From assembly GCF_009914755.1 (NCBI RefSeq), contig NC_060927.1: DNA of 64,000 nt; one strand, 5' to 3'. This document shows positions 1 through 11,533 of the stretch, piece after piece. A program made the position numbers and the translations under genes. Source of the stretch: the human T2T-CHM13v2.0 reference genome, Homo sapiens. The notes under the pieces were generated by a model. It saw only the letters and a list, made by a program, of their open reading frames with translations. It searched no databases and was not told the DNA's origin. The first letter of the stretch is position 1. The number at the start of each line of letters is the position of its first letter.

Positions 1-1224
1 CAAAGATCTGTATTGGGTGGGAAGTTGGTTCATACCTGTCTTAATTGTCCAGGATTCTATTCTTCACCTAGATTATCTCTGTAAATCATGAAGTGCTTAC
101 TAAAAGTATTATATCCAAATGAATATTCAAGTAAAAATATAAACAATAAAATAATAGAGAATGCTAATAACAGTGCTAAATACTGTGTATACATCATTTT
201 TAATTAGTACTGACAATCTCGTAAGTTAGGTATTACTTCTATACCTTTTTTTTTTTTTCAGCTGAGAAAAACAGACCCAAAGAAGCTATGCCTTGCTTGA
301 GGTCACATAGCCAGCTATTGAACCTAAGTCTGTCATACATCAAAGCCATGCTCTTAATGAATTAGGAAAGAATCTTAAGGAATCATCTGATTCAGCTCCT
401 TATTTTATAAAGGAGGGACTTTTCCCATCACACAATGATACATGAACATTACACATCCTCTTAATTATGTTCTCAGTATCTTTTGTTCTTGAGATTTTAG
501 ACTCAATGTACTTACAAGCAGAATATGATCATACTTCATTAGCCCATCAGCAGCTACGAGGATGACAAGGTTGCTATACTAAGGAAATCACACTCTGTTC
601 AACTCCAGGCATCACCATGGCATAGCACTGAGCTGTTTGATTAGTGACATTTAATACCAATTCAGTCTCTAGCCTAATTAATTTCTAATTAATTCTAATT
701 TCTAATTAGTTTCTAATTAATAAGAGACAACTGTCTACCCTGTAGGCACGAAACTTAAGATCCTAGTCTATTTTAAAATGTAACTACCCATGTACAGATT
801 CATAATGCCAAACAGTTGAGATCTTCTAAGCCAAATTACCCTAATCTGGTCCAAAATCTAAACTAACTTTTCCAAAAGACAGCTAGTAAAGAATAACAAT
901 AATGGTTTAAATAATAAGACTAAAGGCTTGTTCTTACCTTTAAGAAAGTTAAAAAAAAAAAAAAAGAGTGTTGAATGAGATGATATGGCTACCACACTGA
1001 TTCTGAATTGGTAAAGGGTTATTTTACTTCTATGCACCTAATTCTGGAGATTTCATTGGTTGAGGTCAGTATCTGCTTTCTCCTGACAACAGATATCCAG
1101 AGTTCCCAGAATGACATAGTAATAAGAACATAAGAACCTTATGTTACAAGATTTGTTGGTATATATCCTTTGGGGGAAAAAGCCACGTGAGCAAATGAGG
1201 AACACAAAAAAGAAACACAACTGA

Positions 1225-1363
1225 AGATCTTCCACTAGTAATATTTTACTTTCTTCTTACAATAAATTATAAATACTTTTTCCACATATCAAAGTTCGTC
1301 AAAGAACTCCCAAAATTAATCTTCTTCATTCTTCAGGAATTATTTATTCACACAGCAGACCAC
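1225..1363 (-). other. COX17: COX17 exon 3 (non-coding 3'UTR terminal exon; 3' end approximate)
   Basis: Minus-strand acceptor TTTTTCTGTAG|GTGGTCTG at 1363. AATAAA at 1348-1343 and AGTAAA at 1250-1245. Matches my recollection of the COX17 3'UTR. Confidence 0.8.
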
Positions 1364-2450
1364 CTACAGAAAAATATTTATTTTAGAAAGTCAGATTTCA
1401 AACATCATGCCAGATCTATGGAGTCAGGGAATTAAGACCACTAGAAATGAATGCCTCAGATGAGTAATTAACTAATTGCCAGAATTATTCCAAATCAGTC
1501 ATAAAATTCAAAATCAGCATTTTAAAATTCTAGGTTTGCCTAACTAAAAACATTAGTGAAATTATTCATGATATTATTTACTCTTTAAAAGTTTTTGAAG
1601 TAAAAACTCTCTCTGCGTGTATATATATATAATACATATGTGTGTGTTTGAGAAATACATATTTCTCAAAAATATCCTCCAAAAAAGGCTAAAGCAGTTA
1701 TTTTTACAGATATTCAAGAAACAAGACCTGCAAACCCCTCTTTGCTGATTCAAGTATGCCTGGCGAAGATCCACAAAGTAGAAGGCAGAAGGTCAGCTCA
1801 GTACCCAAGGCACTTCCTGTGGAAAGTTACTCACTTAATCCCAAAGGCAAGACAAGGGCAACCCTTTAATATTCATTTGGAAAAATCAAAAAGGGAGAGT
1901 AGCATAGATAGGGTTGCTGATCCAGTCAAGTCAATACCAGGCTTCTCACACCTCTCCCAGTGCCTATCCCAGAAGATTGAGAACAATGCTAGGAAGGTAA
2001 TTAAATTGGGGTAGCTAACTCTTCAAGTCTAATGCAAATATTTCCCTCATTTAGCTGTTCACTTCATTTGGTTTAAATAAAGATAAACCACATCAAGATA
2101 CAAACATCTAAACTCTTTTCTAAAAGACTCAAAGGAAGAATACATTTATAGAAAAGTTTGGAAAGATAACCAAAAACGAAGCCATTCAACCTTTCAATTA
2201 TAGCAGCCCATAGCATTGTTACGACTTTTGCGACTGACTACATAACAAAAGGGGCTGTGTGGTGGAAGACCCTGGATTTAAACCTGTTTGATTATATCTC
2301 TGGATGTAAAGTCTTTGACTGGAGGGATAATCTTTCTCTCCTCAGTATTTTCCAGGGTCTTAATAAATATCTGCTGAATGAACAAATGTTTGAATGGCAG
2401 AAATTATTCTTTCTGGATTATCTTGGGATATTTTCATACATGATCAGTTT

Positions 2451-2477
2451 TGTGTGTGTGTGTGTGTGTGTGTGTGT
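2451..2477. repeat. (TG)n microsatellite
   Basis: Direct dinucleotide run. Confidence 0.95.
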
Positions 2478-5112
2478 ACAATTCAGCATATTTTAAGCAT
2501 CCAACTGTTAAGTTGTTAAACTTAATATTGAGTATCACCACTATTCAGTACTAGTCCTTTAATTTCTTTCAACGACTTTAGTCTCCAGAATAGGTTCTTT
2601 AGGCTTCTTCTGTCTCCTAAAGGCAGGAAGATAGTAGCCATCTATTTCCTCATATTTCTAATGAGGTTCTAGGTTCTTCTAATTACTCTTTTCAGTAAAA
2701 GCAGCAGTCATAAAATAGAAAAAAATTGTCTAAAATCACCACCATACCTATTTTTTCTTGAGTTTTCAAGTCTCTGCCTTTGCTACTACTAAATTTTCAG
2801 ATACTTTATGCCTAGCATTATCCCTGCTATTCATCTTCAACTTAGGCCAGTGGTTGTTAAAGAGGAGTGCACTTGAAAATCATCTAGGAGTTTCTCAGTC
2901 AACAGGTGCAGACCAGGGCCCAAGTTGTGAATTCTGGAAAACATTCTTCAGATGATTCTGAGGTGCACCTCTGGGTAAGAACCACTGGGTGAATGTAGCC
3001 TACTTTCAGGTAAGGTATAAAAAATGTATAATAGATTTATTCCCAATCTACTGCACTTGAGATACAATTAAGATCTACTTAGGAATAACATTAAAATCTA
3101 CAAACGTTTTTGAATTAAGGAACTTTCATGATCGTTGCCAGAGAGATCTAAGTTTGCAAAATATTTTTCCTTTGAAGCTATTCTCAGAAAAATGTGATCT
3201 AACAGTCTAAGAAATACCGATTTAGGTTAAGTTTATCTTATAGCAATGCAGACAGTTGTGCTGGATTTCACCCTCCAGCCAATGGCCTGTTTACTGGGTT
3301 ATATGCAACTGTACATTTCCGCAACAAGTCTTTCTAATTAGCATTCATAATGAGGTTTTAAGATTGAAGATCAAGATTATGTGCAATCCTAAAAATGAAT
3401 ATGTTGGAATAAAATCTCATTAAGTACAAGGCGTGAAGTGTAAAGTGCCTGTGATTTAGAGAATATAAAAATCTTAACTCTAATCTAATTCTACCACTAT
3501 CCACTCCTAACTTGAGCAAGTCTTTTTTGACTTCACTGTGCTTCCATTTCCCCATGGAGGTTGGGGAAATAGGACACCTGGGACCAATAAGGATCCAACA
3601 CCCAGTCCTCTTCCCAAAATATTATTACACTGAAAATGAAAAACATGGCAGTTTGAATTCTCAGAAGGGTCCTATATGGATTCAGACTGTTCTTCTTGTA
3701 ACCAGGATTCAATAATAATCAAGTCATATACTTAACAGACCTCAACTGAATGTCTGCTATCCACAACTCTAAAGGTATGAGCTATTCTGTTCTGGTTTTT
3801 ACAGATGATTTATTTTACATTGAATCATCACAACTCTATGAAGTAGTTTGGGCATGTATTATTGTCTCCATTTTACGGATGAGGAAACCAAGGTACAGAA
3901 AGTTAAGGACCTGCCCAAGACCACACAATCAGTTAAGCAGTAGATTTTCTAAGTCTAAAGCTTTTGCATTTTCTTTTACACACAAATGAAGTACACAAAC
4001 ATAATTCTCACTCTCTGCCCTGATAACATAAAGAAAACTATGATATCATATGATACTTTTGAATATATGCCACTTATAACAATTGTACCACCTTTGTGGT
4101 TCAGATGAAGTCCAAGATAAGCTTTTGATATTCCTAAAATTAGCATTTCTTTTTTTTTAATCACCCCTTTTTATCAAGGCAAGTTCAGCACAAGCCTACA
4201 GCTTACACAACTGACGAGGGAGTTAGATCATGAACAAGGAAACCATGTACAAATGTTAAGGTTGCATCTTTAAAAATAGTTAATAAAGTACACATACTTT
4301 TTAAGAACACACTCCCCTTCAAATTTACTTATTTTATAAAATAGTTCATTATGGGATTTCTTTAAATAACCATCTATTCTAAAAGCAACTTAAGTATATC
4401 ATTTACACAACAGTAGATATACCATACTATATATAGAATCACAAAATGTATTATGGTTCTCTTTTTATAAATAATAAGTGAAATTCAGAGGAGTAATGTC
4501 TTGATGAAGCTAAATGTAGCTAAACTTAAAAACATGATAAACTAAACATCAGGAGAATAAAAACAAAGCCTCAGGACTTTCAGCCTAGACTGTTTTCCAT
4601 TACACAGTAACTTCTTATCAGCTTGCGACAAGTTCCTTATCCCTCCTTTTTTATAGCTCAGTGAGGAAGACTGGCCATATGTGAAATTCCAAAGAGGCAG
4701 GAAAGAGGTGCAAGGGAAAGAAGCCAGGCTCTCTAGTACTAATATATTGGCATATGGCTTTGGCATTCTCTCTCAGCTGTTATTAAGTTAAAAGTGGTAG
4801 TGTGGTGTGGAAGTTAGGGTAGGGGCAAAAAGCAGAGGGAATCGGCATGGAGACTGAGGCTCCAGTTCTGATACTGCACAACCCACCTTGGGGGCCATTT
4901 CATAACTATAAGCTTTAATTTCCTTATTTATTCATTCATTTAACAATCCTCCATTAAGCACCTACTATGAGCCAGGCACTGTTATAGGTAGTGGGGATAT
5001 GACAGTAAATGAAATAGAAAATTCCTACTTTCTCAGAGCTTACATTCTAGCTGCCGTGAAGCAACACAGGTAATTAAAAATATATGTATCATGCAGGTGA
5101 CAGTGTATAGAA

Positions 5113-5290
5113 TAGAGTAGCCACTAGCCACATGTAGCTATTAAAATTTTTACAAACTAAAAATTCAGTACCTCACTCTCACCAGCCACAATTCAAGTGC
5201 TCAACAGCCACATATGGCTAGTGGCTACCAGACTGGCAAGTGCAGATACAGAGCATTTCCATCTTCACAGAAAGGTCTTAGGACAGCACC
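5113..5290. mobile_element. MER3/MER33-like hAT-Charlie MITE fragment
   Basis: tagccactagccacatgtagcta ... ggacagcac motifs resemble the recalled consensus. Confidence 0.55.
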
Positions 5291-5548
5291 ATGATAGAGT
5301 GATGGGGAAGGGATGTAATTTACATGGGGTGTTGAGGGAAAGCCTCTCTAATAAGGAGACTTTTGAAAGAGACCTGAGTAAAGAGGGAGTGGGGTGAGGG
5401 GGTGAGCTAAGTTGATAACTGAAGAAAGAGCTTCCAAACAAAAGAGTATCATTTGTTTGTGGAATTGTTGGACACATACCACTTAAGGTCCCTTTCAGCA
5501 CTTAAAATGGGTTAAGAGTTCCAAGTTCTTTTAAAAATGGCCTGAGGC

Positions 5549-6087
5549 CCACCGCCCTGTCTGGGATGTCAGGAGTGCCACTGCCCGGCTGCCCACTGTC
5601 TGGGAAGTGAGGAGTACCTCTGTCCGGCCACCCCGTCTGGGAAGTGAGGTGCCTCTCCGCCTGGCCACCGCCCCATCTGGGAAGTGAGGTGCCCCTCTGC
5701 CCGGCTGCTGCCCCGTCTGGGAAGTGAGGAGCGCCTCTGCCCAGCTGCTGCCCCGTCTGGGATGTGAGGAGCGCCTCTGCCCAGCTGCCGCCCCGTCTGG
5801 GATGTGAGGAGCGCCTCTGCCTGGCCGCCCCACCGTCTGGGAAGTGTGGAGCGTCTCTGCCCAGCTGCCCACTGTCTGGGAAGTGAGGAGTGCCTCGGCC
5901 CGGCTTCTGCCCTGTCTGGGAAGTGAAGAGCACCACTGCCCGGCTGCCCCACGTCTGGGAAGTGAGGAGCACCTCTGCCCGGCCGCTGTGCAACCTTCCA
6001 AGTGTGAAGTGACAGCCTTGTGTGTGATCTTTTCTGTCTTCCCCAAGTTTGCATTTTTGACATTAAAGTTTACTTTTTAATTAAAAA
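5549..6087 (+). mobile_element. SVA2-type VNTR retroposon (VNTR, unique 3' segment, polyA; no SINE-R or Alu-like part) in COX17 intron 2
   Basis: About 11 GC-rich units of roughly 40 bp (gtctgggaagtgaggagcgcctctgcccggctgccc). ATTAAA at 6062 and an A tail. Perfect 16-bp TSD aaaaatggcctgaggc at 5533-5548 and 6088-6103 at a TT/AAAA site. Confidence 0.85.
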
Positions 6088-6202
6088 AAAAATGGCCTGA
6101 GGCTTTAGTTTTATTCGAATAAAGCATGCTACAATTCCATTTTCATTTTTCAGAAAGCAATACTTCCGTGGGATACCCACTCCCTACTTAAAAGCATTTC
6201 TT

Positions 6203-6505
6203 GGCCAGGCATAGTGGCTCACACCTCTTAATCCCAGCACTTTGGGAGACCAAGGCAGGAGGATTGCCTGAGTCCAAGAGGTTGAGACCAGCCTGGGCAA
6301 GATGGTGAAACCCCATCTCTAAAAAACAACACAAAAAATTAGCCAGGCACGGTGGCCCACACCTGTAGTCCCAGTTACTTAGGAGGCTGAGGGGAGGATC
6401 ACCTGAACCTCCCAGGTTGAGGCTGCAATGAGCTGTGATTGGGCCACTTCACCCCAGCCTGGGTAACAGAGTGAGACCCTGTCTCAAAAAAAAAAAAAAA
6501 AAAAA
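6203..6505 (+). mobile_element. Alu (J-like)
   Basis: Dimeric Alu with polyA; flanking aaaagcattt duplicated. Confidence 0.9.
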
Positions 6506-6840
6506 GCATTTACTGAAGTCCCACAATATTTATTAGAAACAAGAAAGAGAATATGTTTCTTTTAGTTCCCTCAGTCAATTTTCCTAAAGCCATGGGACCT
6601 AAAGGCTTTTGTCAAACCCTTTCTTAAAAGCTCAATTCTCCCCTTCCCCAATCCGCTAAATGACTGTCTTTACTGACATAATTTACTCCCTTCATTGGGA
6701 ACTGAAAAATCATGGTTTTTTCAAATTGATACTTAAGCATTTTAGATTAACCAGGTGAACTACCTTTCAGAGAGAATGTAGCCCAATTGTTGCTAAATCT
6801 GTAAAGCAATACACAACTTTGAAGCAAGAAGCTTACCATT

Positions 6841-6925
6841 TCATATTTTAAATCCTAGGGCTCTCATGCATTCCTTGTGGGCCTCAATTAGATGTCCACA
6901 GTGTTCTTCTCCTTTCTCGATGATA
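6841..6925 (-). CDS. COX17: COX17 coding exon 2 (C36 split codon to stop): [27 protein letters not shown]
   Basis: AG acceptor at 6927-6926, TGA at 6843-6841, donor G|GTAAGC after 6837. 107+85=192 nt gives 63 aa and completes the twin CX9C motif. Confidence 0.97.
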
Positions 6926-8757
6926 CTATAAAACAAAATGTACTTGTTATCTAAATATGCATTAAGCACATTATTAAGTATGCATGATAGTGATGGGGAG
7001 TGAGACAAAACACGGGTATAATGGAATGTAGCTGGAATTAAAACAAACGCTATTACCTCAAACAGCTTTGTTTTTATTTGATCTTATGATATGCCCATGC
7101 CTATGAAGACATTCCACAGATAAGTGATTTTGGGGGGGAAATCTGATAAGAAATAATCACGCATATTAAATATTGCCTCTAGTCAATATCCAAGGAGTAA
7201 CACTGCTCTATAAAGAAATAAACTGAGTAAAATATTTATGCTAAATGAAGGGCACAGAGAACAGCTCAATTTTTTGCTTATTATCACAGAGAAATTAACT
7301 TTCTGATTTTGCCCTACATTCAAACACAACCAAATAAATCTACTTCTAATTACATCAAAAACATCTGGTAGCCAGGAGACCGAGATAAACACCCCCTCAT
7401 GATGATCAAAGAATATTTTACTTGTAAAATTCACAAAGTAAAGACTAGGACTACACAGCTTTATTTCTAAGGCCTGAAAATGTGATTTTGCAAATAATCA
7501 AGTTAAGCCCAATTCAATTACAAGGAAAAACTGACTCCTGACTATGGATATTTGGGGAGAACCCACGTGGTCTGAGGCAATCGAGGCAAAGGGAATTTAA
7601 CAAAGGGAATAGGTTCTCCTTCCATGGAAACTCTACCCATCCTTCAATAGCTCAAGAGCTGCCTGCAAATGGGAGATTGCCTGGGATAGTGAGATCATTG
7701 TGAAGATAATAGCTAGCATTCATTGATCATTTATTGCCATGTATACTGTGTTAGCCACTTGACATGGCTTGTATCATTAACCTTTACAATAATACTGGAG
7801 GGAGTTTCTTTTATTAGAGTCATTTTACAGACACATGAGGCTCAAGGTCACCAAGTTAGTGGATTAAGATTCAAACCTTGACTGTGGATCCCAGACTCTT
7901 AATCATGCTGTCATACCATTCAAGGTTCAACAGCACTTACTGTTACCACTGGAACAATTTGTTCAGACTAGTCTTTCAATCCTACCCGTATTATTTACAA
8001 AGTACTGAGGATTAATAAAAGCACTGAGCTCCTACACTCTTATTATCCCATTATAGCACTAATGATTTCTTTCTTATATCTACTATCTGGGAAGACAAAA
8101 GGGGCCAGAGGAAGAGATGCACATTCACGTTATCTGAGGACGTCCTCTAATGAGATTTGCTCCACAAGAGAGGCTATATAAAATGAGAACAAATCTTTTG
8201 TGGATTGACAATCTAGATGAACTATTCTTAATACTTTGTCCCCTGCGTCGTAGACTGATTGATTTTCAACTTTTGGTTGTCTTAAAAGGGTTGAAGCGTA
8301 ACTCTTCAGAACTGTAAGGAATACACTCTGTGTCCTACTGTCTCTAAATTTTGGGAGAAAGCCTTAGAAATTACCAGAAAACCTTTCCTGTTTGGTCTTA
8401 ACAAATCTATCATAGCCCTTACCACGTCGTATACAAGTCACTGGTTTATGTCTCCATTAACTTTAAGCTCCTTTATATCAAGATGCATCTTTATCCATGT
8501 CTACATGTTCGGACCTAACGCAGTGCTTAACCCATAACAGATACTCAACACACATTTGTAGGAAGGAATGAGTGGTTGAAGCTTGCCGTTCTCCTCTCTC
8601 TCCATCGTTTCCCGGTACTAAGCTACGGGATAAGTCAACAGAGACCCGACCACGAAACCTACAAGGCCCAATAATTATCTCCAGAGCGCCGCAATGGGGC
8701 GGGGCGGGGCGGGGGGGGGGCAGACAGGGAGGAGGAGTGGGGGAAGGGGGGAAGGAA

Positions 8758-8825
8758 GAGGGCAGAGGGCAGAAGGCAGAGGGCAGAGGGCAGAAGGCAG
8801 AGGGCAGAGGCCGTAGGGCAGAGGC
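8758..8825. repeat. 7-bp (AGGGCAG)-like minisatellite next to a G-rich tract in COX17 intron 1
   Basis: gggcagagggcagaaggcagagggcagagggcagaaggcagagggcag. Confidence 0.85.
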
Positions 8826-8888
8826 ACCGGAAGGCACAGGCCGCGGCCCGGGGCTCGTCGGCCGCGCCCTCTCCGGCTGCGCACTGAC

Positions 8889-8995
8889 CACGCATCGCGC
8901 GCCTTCTTGGTCTCCGGGCAAGCGCAGCAGGGCTTCAGCGGCTTCTTCTCCTGAGACTCAGGCGGGGCAGGGTTTGAGTCAACCAGACCCGGCAT
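8889..8995 (-). CDS. COX17: COX17 coding exon 1, cytochrome c oxidase copper chaperone
   Basis: [35 protein letters not shown] with the CCxC copper motif. ATG at 8995; donor TG|GTCAGT after 8889. Confidence 0.98.
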
Positions 8996-9049
8996 CTTTC
9001 GCGCCAAAAGCAGCTATGAGCGGAGACAGCCAAATCTATGCCAGCCTCG

Positions 9050-9230
9050 GCAAACGCCGATTCGTCCGCAGTCACTTCCGGCAGTCGCTCTAAAAAGTAC
9101 AGGAAGTCCTGCTTCTCTCTGACAGGTGGGGAATTTAAAAGGAGCGCGTGCGCAGAAGAGGCAAAATTCGGGCCTTAACGAGAGGGTGCCCCCTTCAGCG
9201 CATGCGCAAGGAGGCCCGCTGAACGCTCAC
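9050..9230 (-). promoter_or_regulatory. COX17 CpG-island promoter with ETS/GABP and NRF1 motifs
   Basis: cacttccgg 9073-9081, acaggaagt 9099-9107, gcgcgtgcgca 9144-9154, gcgcatgcgca 9198-9208; CpG-rich. Confidence 0.8.
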
Positions 9231-9860
9231 CTGGACTGTGGTATTTACACTCTAGGACTCTAGGTCATAGAGTATTTGTTAAATCAACTTGGGGAGGGCT
9301 CACGAAGAAAGAAAGCAGCAAGACAACTGAGAGATCTCGTAACACCCGCTCCTCCCCACCCAATATCGAAACGGAAGCCCAAGATGGTGAAATGATTTGT
9401 TCAAGCCAAACAGGAGAAACCATAAGTGAAAGCCAGTTCCCTTGAATAACAGACTAGTTTCCCCCTTTTCTTTTATCCGCCTTCTTCCTGATCCCCACAC
9501 ACTGCAGGCCTTTCCTCTCTTTCATTGACCTATTTAAAAATGAATAGCAAGACATAGAACCACCGAGTCCACAACTATTGGGGGAATTTAAAAGGTCCTA
9601 TAACCCCCTATACACCTCCTACGCACATTAAATCCTCAGCTAATTTGCATTTATAGCCCCCCTCCAACTGATCTGAATTCAGTATGAATTATTCAGTCAT
9701 ATATTCGTTAATATACTGATGAATAAAATTGAAAAATACCATTTCCATAGCATTTCCTCAGGTACATAGATAAACTGGTGCCCGTCTTATTCGCAATGAA
9801 ATGGATATAATCATTGGATTTTTTTCCTGCAGAGTATTGTTGGAAACAGGCAATAAACTC

Positions 9861-10170
9861 TTTTTTATTTTATTTTATTTTATTTTTTGGAGATAGGGTC
9901 TTGCTCTGTCGCCCAGGCTGGAGTGAAGTGGCACGATCTTGGCTGACTGCAACCTCCACCTCCTGGGTTCAAGCAATTCTCCTGCCTCAGCCTCCTGAGT
10001 AGCTGGGATTACAGGTGTGCACCACCACGCCCGAGTAATTTTTGCATTTTTTAGTAGAGACGGGGTTTCGCCATGCTGGCCAGGCTGGTCTCGAACTCTG
10101 ACCTCAGGTGATCCGCCCACATCAGCCTCCAAAAGTGCTAGGTTATAGGCATGAGCCACCGCGCCTGGCC
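9861..10170 (-). mobile_element. Alu (S-like)
   Basis: Reverse Alu with a T-rich tail. Confidence 0.92.
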
Positions 10171-10599
10171 AATAAAATCATTTTTTAAAGCAGGACTTGG
10201 AGGCACTGTTCAATAGCTGCAGGGTGATAGGTATTTTTAGGTACTTAAACTTTCAGCATCACCTAATCAAAGTTTGTTTCTATATTATAGATATTTAACT
10301 CAGGGAATTTACAGGCGTGTCTGTGAACTGGTGCTGTATAAGAGTAATTTCTATATGTGTATTTTTCAGGTTACTAAGACCATCCCCATTTTGTCATCTG
10401 AAAACTTTCAATAAGGATGATTTTTATTTCCTTCTGGATTGATATTTTTAATAATACAACATATTACCCTCATGTTCTAAATTCACCCTCATCCATTATT
10501 ATCAATTCTTTCAACTAGGTGCTAACTCACATTGTTTAGAATCTTGCTAATCAAACAGTGCTTCCTGGATGAGCAATATCAACATCACTTGTAACCTTA

Positions 10600-10945
10600 A
10601 TATACAATAAAATGTGGTTCAACAAATTATTGGGGAAAAGAAAATAGGCTAACCATCTGGAGAAAATTAAACACTACATTAAAAGGAAGAGCTCTAGATG
10701 CATTAAAGACCTAGATTGGAAAGATTGAAATATGAAATTAATAGCAAATTGTGGAGGAGAATATTTTAATACTGAGGGATGGGGGAATAACTTATGTTAC
10801 ATTTCAAAAGTACAAATTGCATGTCAAAAAAATTGAAGAAATTCATTACAGCAAAATAAAGGCTTGGGGTTTTACATACAATACTATAGACAAAGTTAAC
10901 AAATAAATGATAGAATTGGGAGAAAATATTTGAAATCTACAAATC
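10600..10945 (+). mobile_element. Old L1 (L1M/L1ME-type) fragment
   Basis: A-rich, resembles the L1 ORF2 3' region (cattaaagacctaga, gggagaaaatatttg). Confidence 0.5.
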
Positions 10946-11253
10946 TACATATTTTTAAAAATTTTAAAAGTTAAAAAACTAATGTGTTCACTTAGAATAT
11001 GTATTCAGTTGAAACAATGTCACCTTCAGTCGCAATATCTTCCATATATGTAGGGCTGTCGAGGTTGTGAACCATCATTTAATCTTCATGGCAGTCAAAA
11101 TTATTATCTACATTTATAGTTGGGGAAAAATTGAAGTTCAGAGGTGTACATTTGTTCAAGGCTGCGTAACTTGAAAGTGGCAATCCTGAGTCTCATCATC
11201 TTCTCCCTGTACTCTGTCTACTATCCTACTTAATTTATCTAAATGCAAGGCAA

Positions 11254-11533
11254 GGCCTGGTGTAGTGGCTCACACCTGTAATCCCACACTTTGGGAGGCT
11301 AAGGCAGGCAGATCATCTGAGGTCAGAAGTTTGAGACCAGCCCAACCAACATGGTGAAAACCCATTTCTACTAAAAATACAAAAATTAGCCAGGAGTGGT
11401 AACCTGTAATTCCAGCTACTTGGGGGGATGAGGCATGAGAATCACCTGAACCCAGTGGGTGGCAATTTCAGTGAGCCGAGATTGTGCCACTGCACTCCAA
11501 CTTGGGTGATGTAGTGAGACTGTCTCAAAAAAA
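11254..11533 (+). mobile_element. Alu
   Basis: Dimeric Alu; taaatgcaag/taatgcaaag flanks. Confidence 0.9.

Noticed and set aside
676-722. Repeated (tttctaatta) words
   Set aside because: Short low-complexity AT-rich slippage with no further structure.
5549-5990. CRISPR-like look of the regularly spaced gtctgggaagtgagg motif
   Set aside because: The spacers are homologous to one another, the context is eukaryotic, there are no cas genes, and TSD plus polyA indicate a retroposon.
5502-6080. Three overlapping 163-171 aa minus-strand ORFs and one plus-strand ORF
   Set aside because: They arise from the stop-poor GC-rich VNTR and give repetitive translations in all frames.
8478-9093. ORFs of 147 and 173 aa, and the 110-aa intron read-through ORF around COX17 exon 1
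   Set aside because: They are explained by CpG-island composition and the heptamer repeat; only the spliced exon 1 and the 105-nt cassette are supported.
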